A stretch of DNA of 64,000 nt from Candidatus Latescibacterota bacterium (GCA_963791045.1 CAWBQK010000017.1:96001-160000), one strand, 5' to 3'; shown: positions 1-10,253, counted from the first letter of the stretch. The notes: a model not told the origin generated them from the letters alone. Numbers and translations are program-made.

Positions 1-419
1 GTCGCTCGAGCGGCAGGGCCTGAATCTTGGCCGGCTCTCCGATGAAGTGATATTCGGTGTATTCGAAGCGTACACCGAGGGCAGAATTTCGCGCGAGGGG
101 ATTCTCCATGTCGTCCGGCATCTTCTCGAAGGTCGGAGGGGATGGTCGCCGGAAAGCAATCCATCGCGTATCGGGCAATGCCGAAGCGCTGATTCAAGGC
201 CGCCATTTGACGACCTCGAGATTGACTGCCGATGTCGCAGGATGAGGCGAGACCGATTCGTGATCGAATATCGTCGAGCGGAGCGATCCCCGGTGGTCTC
301 GATAACCGATGTAATAAGAGACACAAATATCTGATGGGGTTTTCATGGAGCAGTTCCTGGGCCGAATCGATGGCAAGATGGTTTCAGGGATGCTCGACGA
401 GATTCTCGGTGCCGCATAG
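1..419 (+). CDS. gatE: Glu-tRNA(Gln) amidotransferase subunit E, C-terminal fragment (truncated at window edge, frameshifted)
   Basis: Frame 2 reads SLERQGLNLGRLSDEVIFGVFEAYTEGRISREGI. After indels it reads KYLMG-FMEQFLGRIDGKMVSGMLDEILGAA* (TAG 417-419). This resembles the archaeal GatE helical/YqeY-like tail, and it lies directly upstream of gatD. Confidence 0.65.
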
Positions 420-486
420 CGGTGTACAGGAAGCCACCGGGAAAGAAGACAAACACAGTGATCGAGGACAAATCGAACTTAACGAA

Positions 487-1875
487 ATGAACAAAACAAC
501 ACACAAAGGATACAGTGGAAGGGGGCTGGCCGTGTTGAAAGAACACGGCGTAACGGTGTGGAGCGACGTGAAGGTACCGGGAAGAGCGGGCGAATTCCGC
601 GGAATCATCCTGCCCAGATCTGAAACAGCGGATGCAAACCACATCGTTTTGAAGCTCAACAACGGCTACAATATCGGTCTTGATGCGGGTCCATCTATCG
701 ATGGAAGAGAAAGGGAGACGGGAGGCGCACTACAAAATTCCTGAGAAAGAATTTCCCTTCGATCCCGGCAAAACCCAACGTGAAACTATTCGGGACGGGC
801 GGTACGATCGCCAGCCGACTCGACTATCGGACGGGCGCGGTGATCCCCGCGTTTTCTCCGGGTGAATTGTATGGATCCGTTCCCGAACTTGCCGACATCT
901 GCAATCTCGATACCGAAAAACTTTATGGCGTATTCAGTGAGAATATGGGACCCGGAGCAGTACATAGCGACGGCCAAGCGAATCGGCGAGGAAATCGAAA
1001 AAGGAACGGCCGGTATCGTGATCGGGCACGGCACCGATACGATGCACCACACGGCTGCAATATTGAGTTTTATGGTCCAGGACTCGCCGGTACCAATCGT
1101 GATGGTTGGGTCGCAGCGGTCGTCCGACCGTCCGTCGTCCGACGCGGCGATCAATTTGATCAACTCGGTAAAAGCGGCGGCCGAAGGCGATATTGCCGAG
1201 GTCATGGTCTGCATGTTTGGCCCGACATCCGATCAATACGGACTTCTTCACCGTGGAACCCGAGTGCGAAAAATGCATTCGAGCTACAGATCCACATTCA
1301 GAACCATCGGCGACATCCCGCTCGCGATGATCAGCCAGAAAAAGGGATTGATTCCTCTGAGGGATGACGTCAAGCGGCGCCGGTCGGACCGGAATGTGAA
1401 GATCAACACCGCGTTCGAGGAAAAAGTGACGATCTTGTACTACTATCCCAATATGCTGCCCGATATCGTTGACGCGTGTGTCGATAATGACTACAAGGGA
1501 ATCGTGATTGCGGGCACCGGACTGGGACATGTTAACAAACCGCTGTATCCGGCGCTCGAGCGGGCCGTCAAAAAAGGCGTACATATATACATGACCGTGC
1601 AGACGCTGTGGGGATACGTTCAGATGTATGTTTACGAAACCGGCCGTGAAATTATGCAACTCGGGGTCGTGCCCGGGTGCAATTTGTTGCCGGAAGTCGC
1701 GTACATGAAGCTCTGTTGGGCGCTCGGCCAGTCGGATGATCGTGATGAGGTTGCCGACATCATGCTGACGCCGGTGAACGGTGAGATCACCGAACGAGAG
1801 CCGTATAACGGGTATCTGATTTATCAGGGCGCGATCCCGGAAGTGCAGGAGTTTCTCAAGACTGTGAAACGATGA
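487..1875 (+). CDS. gatD: Glu-tRNA(Gln) amidotransferase subunit D (archaeal-type GatD), three apparent frameshifts near 700, 770 and 950
   Basis: GatD-specific N-terminal domain (GIILPRSE...HIVLKLNNGYNIG) plus asparaginase-type motifs GTGGTIASRLDYRTGAV, HGTDTMH, GSQRSSDRPSSD, RGTRVRKMHSSYRSTF and GTGLGHV. Reconstructed from ORFs 232, 680, 780 and 862. Confidence 0.9.
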
Positions 1876-1938
1876 GTTGTTCGATGTCAATCCCGGTCGT
1901 TCCGAAGCGGAACGACAACAGTTGAGGTTCAGATGTTT

Positions 1939-1980
1939 ACGGCCCGCTCAAGAAGAAACGGGCCGTTTTGTTTGTGTTTT
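1939..1980 (+). terminator. Intrinsic terminator after gatD
   Basis: ACGGCCCG...CGGGCCGT stem followed by TTTGTTTGTGTTTT. Confidence 0.6.
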
Positions 1981-1994
1981 AGAGGAGGTTTTCG

Positions 1995-2621
1995 ATGAAG
2001 ACGCTGATGTTGATTATCTTGTGCCTGGGTATTGCACTGCCCGCGGTTGCCGATGACATGATGGATGAAATTGTTGCCGAACGCGATGGCAGAAAGGCTT
2101 TACTTTTTAATTTCAACGGACTGAATTTGTCTTCGTTCGAAGGTGGAATCGGCACGAAGTGGTGGTTGTCGGGGTCAACGGCAATGGTTGGCAACCTGAT
2201 CCTGGCAAACCGCGGAACGCAGACGGATGCCAATGAGGATCGGTCGGGCCGCGAATCCACGGATTTGACAATTGGCGCCGCACTTGGCGTCGAGAAACAC
2301 CTCGCGCATTTTGGAAGATTCTCGCCTTATTTCGGCGTGAATCTGGGGTACAGGTATTCTTATTATCTGACGGAGAGCACGCCGCCAACAGGCGTGGAAC
2401 GTCGGACGCTCACAAACAAAAGAGAATCCAATGGTGTATCGCTTGGGATCGTGTTCGGTGTGGAATGTTTTGTCACGAAGCACGTCTCCGTTGGCGGACA
2501 ATACAAGCTCGCGGCGGAATACGCCGCCGGGCAAGAGGAATATAACGGGAATGTCCAGGACTTCACCGAACACAGGCTTGGCATAGGATCGTCTTATGTC
2601 AGTCTTGCAATCTATTTCTAG
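1995..2621 (+). CDS. Outer-membrane beta-barrel protein
   Basis: AGAGGAGG RBS, signal peptide, alternating amphipathic strands (FSPYFGVNLGYRY, GVECFVTKHVSVGGQY), C-terminal Phe (VSLAIYF). Confidence 0.75.
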   Translation: MKTLMLIILCLGIALPAVADDMMDEIVAERDGRKALLFNFNGLNLSSFEGGIGTKWWLSGSTAMVGNLILANRGTQTDANEDRSGRESTDLTIGAALGVEKHLAHFGRFSPYFGVNLGYRYSYYLTESTPPTGVERRTLTNKRESNGVSLGIVFGVECFVTKHVSVGGQYKLAAEYAAGQEEYNGNVQDFTEHRLGIGSSYVSLAIYF

Positions 2622-2656
2622 GTATTGCGTCAAAAGCAAATCGAAAACAAGAGGAG

Positions 2657-3421
2657 GTGATTAATTTGGGTGAGCCGTTTCTTGACCGATTGTTCTTTGA
2701 GATACACAAAGGCCTCGCCCGGGAAGGACCGGGAAGCGATGCGTGTACGGTTCGGGCGCTCGATATGTGCACGGGTCTGCCGGAGACACCGCGGGTTTTG
2801 GACGTTGGATGCGGGCCGGGCGCGCAGACGATCGCCCTTGCGAGACGCATTGGCGGCACTGTAGTTGCCGTGGATAATCACCCCCCGTTTCTCGGCCAGT
2901 TGGGCGCGCGGGCGGCTACGCTCAAACTCCGGGGCAGGATCACTTCCGTCGAAGGCGATATGAACGAGCTTGATTTCACTGACGAAGAGTTTGATCTCAT
3001 CTGGTCGGAGGGCGCGATATACATCATGGGTTTCGAGAACGGACTTCTATCGTGGAGGCGATTCTTGAAGCCAGGGGGCTACATGGCGGTGTCCGAATTG
3101 ACACGGCTTTCTACCGGCGCGCCGGAACAGGTTCGCGCGTTTTGGGAAGGGGAGTATCCGGCGATCCAGGACATAGAGGGCAATCTGTCTTTGGTTCGCA
3201 GCTCGGGATACGAGAGTTCGGGCGATTTTGTACTGCCCGAGTCGGCATGGTTCGATGAGTACTACAACCCCATCGAGCACAAGATCGCCGAATTGAGATT
3301 GATCCTCGAGAATGATGCGAATGCACAGGGCCTGCTCGACATCCATCAAAAAGAAATCGATATGTACCGGGAGGGCTCCCTGTTTTACGGGTATGTGTTC
3401 TATGTGGCGCGGCTTGTGTGA
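2657..3421 (+). CDS. Class I SAM-dependent methyltransferase
   Basis: VLDVGCGPG motif I, FDLIWSEGAIY, LKPGG; GAGGAG RBS before GTG. Confidence 0.9.
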   Translation: MINLGEPFLDRLFFEIHKGLAREGPGSDACTVRALDMCTGLPETPRVLDVGCGPGAQTIALARRIGGTVVAVDNHPPFLGQLGARAATLKLRGRITSVEGDMNELDFTDEEFDLIWSEGAIYIMGFENGLLSWRRFLKPGGYMAVSELTRLSTGAPEQVRAFWEGEYPAIQDIEGNLSLVRSSGYESSGDFVLPESAWFDEYYNPIEHKIAELRLILENDANAQGLLDIHQKEIDMYREGSLFYGYVFYVARLV

Positions 3422-3539
3422 CATGTGAAGGAGGCCTTTCGTGAGAAAAATCGGTTCCGTATTCAGTGAGATGCGTTGTAATATGTGATCAGTTGCTCTC
3501 TTCATGTAACGGTGTCCGATATAACAATTCGAGGACGAG

Positions 3540-4199
3540 ATGCTGAGAATAGTCTTTATTATTAGCGTCATCATGGGGGCGCTTGCGCCGACGGGGTCGA
3601 ATGCCCAGACCCCGACGAACAAGACGGGATGGGATTTCCAAAAGCAGAAACACCGGCTCGAATTCACAGTGCTCGGCGGCAATGTATGGACCTCGTCGAG
3701 GGATGTCCGGTTGGGCGAGGCGCAGGGGGAGCTCGACATAGATAAGAGCGCCTTTATCGGAGTTGCGCTCGACGTCAATCTCGCGGAGAAGTATCAACTC
3801 GAGCTTCTGTACAACCGACAGGAAAGTGAATTCATATTCACGTCGTCGGATCAATCACCCGTCGTGGTTCCGATGTCGGTCGAGTATTTTCATATTGGAG
3901 CGATTGGCGGTATTCAAAAGGGAAACGTCTTGCCGTTCACCCAGTTTACATTGGGGGCCACCAGGTTTGCGGTTGACGGCGGCTCCGATCCTGACTGGAA
4001 ATTCTCGATGATGTTGGGAATGGGGGTCAAATTTTACCTGACGAAGTTTCTCGCCTTGAGACTCCAGGGGCGGCTACCATTTACGTTTGTAGGGAGCGAA
4101 TCACAGATCGGATGCGGCCCGCACGGATGTTTCACAATGCTCGGAGGCGTGGGCATCGCGCAGTACGACATCGCTATTGGTCTTGCGCTGCTCTTATAG
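3540..4199 (+). CDS. Outer-membrane beta-barrel protein
   Basis: Signal peptide; strands QLELLYNRQES, VEYFHIG, PFTQFTLGATRF, GMGVKFYL, LALRLQGR. Confidence 0.75.
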   Translation: MLRIVFIISVIMGALAPTGSNAQTPTNKTGWDFQKQKHRLEFTVLGGNVWTSSRDVRLGEAQGELDIDKSAFIGVALDVNLAEKYQLELLYNRQESEFIFTSSDQSPVVVPMSVEYFHIGAIGGIQKGNVLPFTQFTLGATRFAVDGGSDPDWKFSMMLGMGVKFYLTKFLALRLQGRLPFTFVGSESQIGCGPHGCFTMLGGVGIAQYDIAIGLALLL

Positions 4200-4279
4200 T
4201 CAGCCAGACACATTGCGGCGAGCCTTCGAATCGAAAAAGGCCGAATAAGGAATCCGGCCCGTCGACAAAACTTATATGG

Positions 4280-4314
4280 ACTCCCCGGGCAATTCAGCCG
4301 GGGAGTTTTTATTT
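4280..4314. terminator. Hairpin terminator between convergent genes
   Basis: ACTCCCCGG/CCGGGGAGT stem followed by TTTTATTT. Confidence 0.6.
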
Positions 4315-4732
4315 AATCTCCAACAAGAATGGGTGGTGTGAGGAGGGCCTTGGAACCGTACCCCTGGATGGTGTAACCACCGCCCGCCAGATTTGAAATC
4401 CCCATTTCTCCGGGCACGCCCGGCGCGGCGTTCCAAACCACAACGGCGATGGCGTTTGTGAATGGATTGCGGGGGTAGTTCGCCTGGGGCAGCAGGGCGA
4501 GAAGCTGTGCTTCGTCGGCCGGCTGCGGGTACACACCGAGTCGATCCACCGAAAACAACTCCATTCCCGTCTGGATCAGGTGCATGTTTTCGCGTACGAC
4601 GGCGTCTTTTGCCCGGTCCGCGAACTTAAGATAGTTTGGAATTATTATCGCCGCGAGAATGCCGATGATCATGACGACGATGGCAAGTTCGATCATGGTA
4701 AAACCGGCGTTTGAAATCTTTTTCTTTTCCAT
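4313..4732 (-). CDS. Type IV pilin / pseudopilin (prepilin N-terminal cleavage-methylation protein)
   Basis: Class III signal peptide NAG|FTMIELAIVVMIIGILAAIIIPNY with E5. Confidence 0.9.
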   Translation of the reverse strand: MEKKKISNAGFTMIELAIVVMIIGILAAIIIPNYLKFADRAKDAVVRENMHLIQTGMELFSVDRLGVYPQPADEAQLLALLPQANYPRNPFTNAIAVVVWNAAPGVPGEMGISNLAGGGYTIQGYGSKALLTPPILVGD

Positions 4733-4842
4733 TATTTACCGCCAACAGATTCTGGTGTCTATTAAACGCGGTTATGGGTTCACGTTCCTTCGCTCGGCGA
4801 GGAATGGAACACAAAACTTAGATGTACGGCCGCGCAAGTAAG

Positions 4843-4859
4843 TGAAAGAACCGTGCCAG
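4843..4859 (-). promoter_or_regulatory. Possible sigma54 (-24/-12) promoter for the pilin
   Basis: Minus strand CTGGCACGGTTCTTTCA versus consensus YTGGCACGRNNNTTGCW; the -12 element is TTTC rather than TTGC. Confidence 0.3.
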
Positions 4860-5258
4860 AGCTTTTCGAACGTGACCATAGCGTATCTCGTTAATGTACA
4901 GCATGTTGCGATGTGTGCCGAGGAGTGACGGCTCTTTTGGCTCTTGCAAGGCGCTGAACGATTTGCGACGTGCAATATACACCGTGTCCGCCGGGCGCAG
5001 CCAGAGTGTGTCGGTGAATCCAAAACCGAAGAGTCGCAAAGTTGACGCTGCGGGTAACTTGAGGTGTATCAGCGTGTTAATCGGGTGTCCCGGGTGGGGC
5101 TCCGTCGATAGAAGATTGAATCGGTAAGCCAGAGTTGGAGGAGAACGAGTTGGTTCGGAACTTGCGATAACAGCCCGAGCGCCATGTCGGAATTGGCCGC
5201 AAAAGAATTTGTTACACGTCTCCGGCGACGTCATCAGGCGGGCCGTGAGGAGGAGTTT

Positions 5259-5939
5259 ATGAAATCCCCAAAATTCCCGAAAAAACGGTTCATCGTCGAC
5301 ACAATCCAGTACCGGATAATCGGCGTGAGTCTGCTGTATTTCTTCGCCATAATTATGGTTTTCGCGGGAGTGTTGTTTGTTCCGTTGATGTTTCAATTGA
5401 ACGGCGACTCGCTGTCCTCTCCAGCCGTTCAGCAAGCCGCGAATCAATTTCTCGTTCTTCACACGCGTTTGTGGCCGCCCGTTTTGGTTCTTATGGGGCT
5501 GCTGGTGATCCACAATGTCGTGGTTTCTCATCGTATCGCGGGTCCGCTTTTCAGAATCAGAAATGAACTGAAGAAAATCGGAGATGGCAATCTCTTCGTT
5601 CATATAAGACTACGGAACAACGACTATCTGGACAAAGAGGCGGATTCGATAAACCGCATGGTCGACGCCTTGAGAGGGAAGGTCCAGGGTATCGAGGAGA
5701 ATCATAAAAAAGCAAATTCGGTCCTCGTCGATCTTCAACGCGCGGTGATTCGTGGATCGGCCGATGAAATGAATAACAAGATAGACGAGTTGAATATGAC
5801 GCTCGACGCTTTGAGGGGGAATATCGACGAATTCCAGATCCCTCGTAAAACGAAGCGCCCAACGGAGAACACCGTCGAAAAGGAAATGAGTAAAGAGGAT
5901 CAAGAGCCGGTCGGCGCCGGGACTGCCCCGGTCGCCTAG
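5259..5939 (+). CDS. Membrane protein with two TM helices, HAMP domain and coiled coil
   Basis: GAGGAGG RBS; two hydrophobic segments; SHRIAGPLFRI...IGDGNL...IRLRNND..L HAMP pattern; no obvious output domain. Confidence 0.75.
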   Translation: MKSPKFPKKRFIVDTIQYRIIGVSLLYFFAIIMVFAGVLFVPLMFQLNGDSLSSPAVQQAANQFLVLHTRLWPPVLVLMGLLVIHNVVVSHRIAGPLFRIRNELKKIGDGNLFVHIRLRNNDYLDKEADSINRMVDALRGKVQGIEENHKKANSVLVDLQRAVIRGSADEMNNKIDELNMTLDALRGNIDEFQIPRKTKRPTENTVEKEMSKEDQEPVGAGTAPVA

Positions 5940-5965
5940 CATTCGAATTCAAGCAAAAGAAAACA

Positions 5966-6000
5966 AAAGTCGCCCGTCTCCCCGACGGGCGATTTTTGTT
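5966..6000. terminator. Bidirectional intrinsic terminator
   Basis: AAAAG-TCGCCCGTC/GACGGGCGA-TTTTTGTT between convergent genes. Confidence 0.7.
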
Positions 6001-6080
6001 ATGGACCATTTTCACCAACGGTTTGATGTCGATCACCGTGGAACCAAACGCTGGAAAGCGATGCGGGGTGATGCCTCGGG

Positions 6081-7244
6081 TCAGGAAGAGTGGTCGAGAG
6101 CGGATTCTTGACACTGGGGAAGAAAGACGTGATACGAAGTGCCGCGGCCCAGTCTGTTGTGGATTGTGAGCGCTCCACCACATTCCTCGACAATCTTGTT
6201 GACGACGGCGAGATTCAGTGACGCGTCATCGAGATTTGCTTTGTCGGCGGGGTGTGGTGAGAAAATCCGGGCCATGTTGTCCGGATCGAAACCGGCTCCT
6301 GAGTCCGTTATGCGCAGACGCGCCCACCGGCATCGTCCAATCGGCTCGCCGCGTTTGCTTTTGTGCTCGCCGATTTCGATAGACTCGAGGCAGACTTCAA
6401 TGACGCCGCCCGCATGGATCATTGAATCCCTGGCGTTGATGATGAGGTTCATTACAATCTGGTGAATCCGTATAGGATCGATGGAAACAACAATCGATTG
6501 AGGGGCGAGTTCCTGGCGAGCGATGATGCTCACGGGCAACGAAGCGCGTGCGAGCATTACGGCGTCATTGATTATAGGCTGCAACGAATTACGTTCAAGA
6601 GTGTGGGATCGAACATCACCGACATCGACGATTCTTTGAACGGTGCGTCGCGCCGTGTTGACGTCCTCGAAGGCTCTGTCCAGACAGCGCCTTTCGTTTG
6701 TCCGCTCTTCGGTGAAGTCCATCGCGACGCCGACGTTGCGGCCGATTCGGATCAACGAGTCATTGAGATTGTGTGCAAGCCGCACAGCAATCTTTCCGAC
6801 GGTACGCGTGCGGCACAGATCGACCAGTCTCGATTCCAGGGTTTCCCAGTTGGATTGAAGCCGCTTCTGCGTGGAAACGTCTCGGGCGGAAATCACGAAG
6901 TGGTCGACATGGTACTCGCTGGTCAAATGAGCGGTGACGGACAGCTGAACCGGAACATCGCTTTCATTGGCGGTTCGCAAAACAGTCTCGCGACGCATGC
7001 TGACGTTAGAAGGATCCACGAGATTGCCGTCACGAATAAAAGACCCCACCGACCACTCCGGAAAGAAATCATGGATGTGAGATTTGCTAAGAATGTCATT
7101 CTCGGTGAGGCCTGAAAGTCTGTAAGCCGCGGGATTCAAGAAAAGGAGGCGGCCTTCCTTGTCCGCGATTCCGATAAAATCGCCGGACTCACCAACAAGG
7201 TTGGAGAAGGCGCGGTTCAAAAGAGCATTCGGTTGGTTAGTCAT
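6081..7244 (-). CDS. PAS-domain histidine kinase-like protein with degenerate G2 box
   Basis: PAS (GRLLFLNPAA...ARDVS), H-box LAHNLND, N-box QIVMNLIINARD, G1 DSGAG, GRGTSYHVFLP; G2 position reads DASLNL. Confidence 0.8.
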   Translation of the reverse strand: MTNQPNALLNRAFSNLVGESGDFIGIADKEGRLLFLNPAAYRLSGLTENDILSKSHIHDFFPEWSVGSFIRDGNLVDPSNVSMRRETVLRTANESDVPVQLSVTAHLTSEYHVDHFVISARDVSTQKRLQSNWETLESRLVDLCRTRTVGKIAVRLAHNLNDSLIRIGRNVGVAMDFTEERTNERRCLDRAFEDVNTARRTVQRIVDVGDVRSHTLERNSLQPIINDAVMLARASLPVSIIARQELAPQSIVVSIDPIRIHQIVMNLIINARDSMIHAGGVIEVCLESIEIGEHKSKRGEPIGRCRWARLRITDSGAGFDPDNMARIFSPHPADKANLDDASLNLAVVNKIVEECGGALTIHNRLGRGTSYHVFLPQCQESALDHSS

Positions 7245-7475
7245 CTTTATTTCAAAAAAATCTCCATTAGGCGCGCTTCCAACCGATGCTTCCCCTGGTC
7301 GTAATTAATCTTGGCGGAAGCGCGCCCATGGATTTCCCAAACTGCCAATAGCTCGTTAAACCAGTTTTGCCCACCAGATAAATACACGGTTTACGAACTC
7401 TTGCGTTCGAGACAAAGATGTGACAAACGGAGTCCCCGTACAATAAGGCTATATTGGGTATGGATTGGGTATGCG

Positions 7476-8759
7476 TCAGGCGGGCCGGTCTTTCGACCTC
7501 AGGAAAGCAGCAAGATTTATATCTTTATTTGTGAGTTGGAGTTTGCGGCGAATGGTGCGGCGGTGTTTGTGGATGGTCTGTGTAGAGAGGCCAAGCTGGT
7601 CGGCCATTTCCTTCGAAGAGTGGCCCTGTTTGATCATCTGGCAGATATCGAATTCGCGGGGAGACAACTTCGCGAGATTATTCTCGAACGTGCTGAGATC
7701 CTCTTCGACAATGGTTTGAAGCGCTTCGTCCAGGCGCTGGATTTCGGCTGGAGGCATGTGCCCGCCGGTTTCCTTGAGCCTGTCCAGCAACGGCCTGAAC
7801 AGGTTCTCGACCCGCGCGCTAAGTTCGTGGCGGTAGTCGATCTTCTCCTTTTCGATGTGCGCGAGGATTTGCTCGAGAGCGATGTTCTTTTTGGCGAGGG
7901 TCTCGCGCTCGCCGCGGAGTTCGCGCGCGGTCTGTCTCAGTTGCTCTTCCGCACGCACCCAGTCGGTTATGTCGCTGGTAACCGCCAGGGTAAAAAGTTT
8001 CTGGTCGATTTCGATAACGTCCGCCGAGAACCTGCAGATGCGCGTGTCGCCATTCTTGACGCGAAACTCCGCTTTGTAATTGCGGATGGTTCCGGCCGCC
8101 TTCAGCCTGTCGACGATATCGTCGCGCTGCGCGGGGTCTTTCCACAGATTCAAATCGAATGAGGACTTTCCGACGATATCGTCTCGTTTGTAGCCACTTA
8201 GCTTTTCGAAACCAGCGTTTGCTTCGACGATCACACCATCTTCGAGTCGACTTATGGTTATCGAAGACGGGCACGAATGAAAAGCTTTGTAGAACCTCTC
8301 TTCGGATCGGGCCAGCGCGTATTGTGTCTCTCGTTGTTTCGTAACATCGTGATAGTTGAGAACGATTTCATCGACAAACGGAGGAGATGGAAGGGTCATG
8401 CCCACCAACTCGACTATTCTCAAGGCGCCGTCCTCGCGATAGGCCCTGAGCTCGACATCATACCGTTTGCCGGGGTCATTCGTGACAGTTTCGATAAATT
8501 GCCACGCCTTGTCTCGATCGTCCGGATGAACGTTGTTCATAGACGTTTCGCCGATGATATCATCGGGATCGACGCCCAGGATACTCGTGCACGATGGACT
8601 GACGTAGAGGGTGGTGGTTTCGGTGTCAATGACTTCGACGACATCGAAAGCGTTCTCGATCAAAGATTGGAAAAGCGTCGCAAGCTCGGATTCACGTCTG
8701 TTCTTGAAAATCCTCGGAGTGGTGTTCAGAGATTCGTTATCTTTGGGTGGCTTGCTCAT
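7476..8759 (-). CDS. PAS-PAS-LuxR HTH transcriptional regulator
   Basis: Two PAS/PAC units (YVSPS...VHPDD; EANAGFEKLSGY...SDIT) and a C-terminal LSPREFDIC...G.SSKEMA..L.LS..TI.KHR..IRRKL. Confidence 0.85.
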   Translation of the reverse strand: MSKPPKDNESLNTTPRIFKNRRESELATLFQSLIENAFDVVEVIDTETTTLYVSPSCTSILGVDPDDIIGETSMNNVHPDDRDKAWQFIETVTNDPGKRYDVELRAYREDGALRIVELVGMTLPSPPFVDEIVLNYHDVTKQRETQYALARSEERFYKAFHSCPSSITISRLEDGVIVEANAGFEKLSGYKRDDIVGKSSFDLNLWKDPAQRDDIVDRLKAAGTIRNYKAEFRVKNGDTRICRFSADVIEIDQKLFTLAVTSDITDWVRAEEQLRQTARELRGERETLAKKNIALEQILAHIEKEKIDYRHELSARVENLFRPLLDRLKETGGHMPPAEIQRLDEALQTIVEEDLSTFENNLAKLSPREFDICQMIKQGHSSKEMADQLGLSTQTIHKHRRTIRRKLQLTNKDINLAAFLRSKDRPA

Positions 8760-8936
8760 GGTATGCAGATAGAATACACGACCGTGAATTCAATTTCAAT
8801 GTTCGAGCCACTGGCACCTGGTAAAACTCAACGGCGAGATGTGGGTTGGGGGAAGGCCCATTTGGGCGGGACAATCCGGCCGGTTCCTGTTAAAGTCATT
8901 CGCCCAAACCTTGACCGAAAAAAGAAAGAGATCGAA

Positions 8937-10253
8937 ATGACCTACAATGTCAAAGAATTGCTGCGTCTCGAGGTTGTTCCGGCGCTTGGATGCACCGAGC
9001 CGGTTGCCGTGGCGCTCGGGGCGGCGGCCGCGCTGTCTCTGCTCCCAACCAGAGATTTCGATTTCATCGAAGTGTGGGTGGATCCGAATGTGTTCAAAAA
9101 CAGCGCCGCCGTGGGGATTCCCGGCACGGGCGGTATCACGGGGCTGGATATGGCCGCCGCTTTGGGAGCTATTGCCGGCGATCCGTCCCTGGGACTCGAG
9201 GTTTTGAAACCCGTCGAATTCGGGCACGTCGACCAGGCCAGGGTATTTGTGGAGGGCGGCAATACGAAGGTCAATATTTCCCCCGAAGGGTTTGGCCTGA
9301 GCATCATGATCGTGATCAGGTCAGGTGAACACACCGGCAAAGCCGTTATACGAAATCAACACGACAATCTCGTGGAGCTTTTGCTCGATGGGGAACGTGT
9401 CACCGAGCACCCGCTTCTCTCCCGCTCAAAGGAACAGGGACCCGACCGGGTGGCGGAAGTTGAGAATGCGCTAAAATCGCTCCCGTTCGAAACGCTGTTT
9501 TCACTTATTGAAGATCTCGACGACGAAGATCTGGCGTTCATGAAATCCGGTATCGACCACAACCTCGCGCTTGCCGAGCACGGTCTCGAAGAAGGACCCG
9601 GTCTCGCCGTCGGAAAAACACTAAAGGACCTGGTCGACAAAGGCCACATGAGCGAGGATATGGTGCTGACGGCTCGGATGCTCACGGCGGGGGCGGCGGA
9701 CGCGAGAATGTCCGGGGCAAAGCTCGCAGCGATGAGTTCCGCCGGAAGCGGGAACCAGGGTTTGACGGCGGTACTTCCGTTACAGGCCGTCCAGGATGTC
9801 GTGAAAGCGGACGAAACAGTATTCTTGAAAGCAATCGCGCTGAGTCATATCGTCACCGCATACATTAAAGCTCACACGGGCCGACTGTCTGCGCTGTGTG
9901 GGTGTTCGATCGCGGCCGGCGCCGGGGCGACGGCGGGTATTACCTATATGCTCGGCGGTGACGTCCATCAGGCGTCGGGAGCGATAAAAAACCAGATCGA
10001 GGACCTGGCGGGGGTCATCTGTGACGGGGCTAAGTGTGGGTGCGCATTGAAATTAGCCACCGCCGCGGGCAACGCCGTCCAGGCGGCGTTGTTCTCCATG
10101 GAGGGGCTGAGCGTTCAGGATACCGACGGAATCATCGGCGCTTCGCTCGAGCAAACCACCCAGAATGTCGGAGCGCTCAGTCACAAGGGGATGATCGAGG
10201 CCGACCGGACGATCCTCAAAATCATGCTGGACAAGCAGTTTTCGCGGTACTAA
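8937..10253 (+). CDS. L-cysteine desulfidase (CyuA/YhaM, serine dehydratase alpha-like family)
   Basis: PALGCTEP, AADARMSG, SSAGSGNQG, GRLSALCGC, GVICDGAKCGCALK. The real start is ATG 8937 inside the longer ORF. Confidence 0.85.
   Translation: MTYNVKELLRLEVVPALGCTEPVAVALGAAAALSLLPTRDFDFIEVWVDPNVFKNSAAVGIPGTGGITGLDMAAALGAIAGDPSLGLEVLKPVEFGHVDQARVFVEGGNTKVNISPEGFGLSIMIVIRSGEHTGKAVIRNQHDNLVELLLDGERVTEHPLLSRSKEQGPDRVAEVENALKSLPFETLFSLIEDLDDEDLAFMKSGIDHNLALAEHGLEEGPGLAVGKTLKDLVDKGHMSEDMVLTARMLTAGAADARMSGAKLAAMSSAGSGNQGLTAVLPLQAVQDVVKADETVFLKAIALSHIVTAYIKAHTGRLSALCGCSIAAGAGATAGITYMLGGDVHQASGAIKNQIEDLAGVICDGAKCGCALKLATAAGNAVQAALFSMEGLSVQDTDGIIGASLEQTTQNVGALSHKGMIEADRTILKIMLDKQFSRY

Noticed and set aside
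5010-5100. Possible c-di-GMP-I riboswitch near the pilin (CAAAACC...GAA...CGCAAAG)
   Set aside because: Superficial word matches only; I could not build the P2/P3 stems.
8277-8936. Apparent 220-aa N-terminal extension of the cysteine desulfidase ORF
   Set aside because: It is mostly antisense to the PAS-LuxR gene; family similarity begins at ATG 8937.
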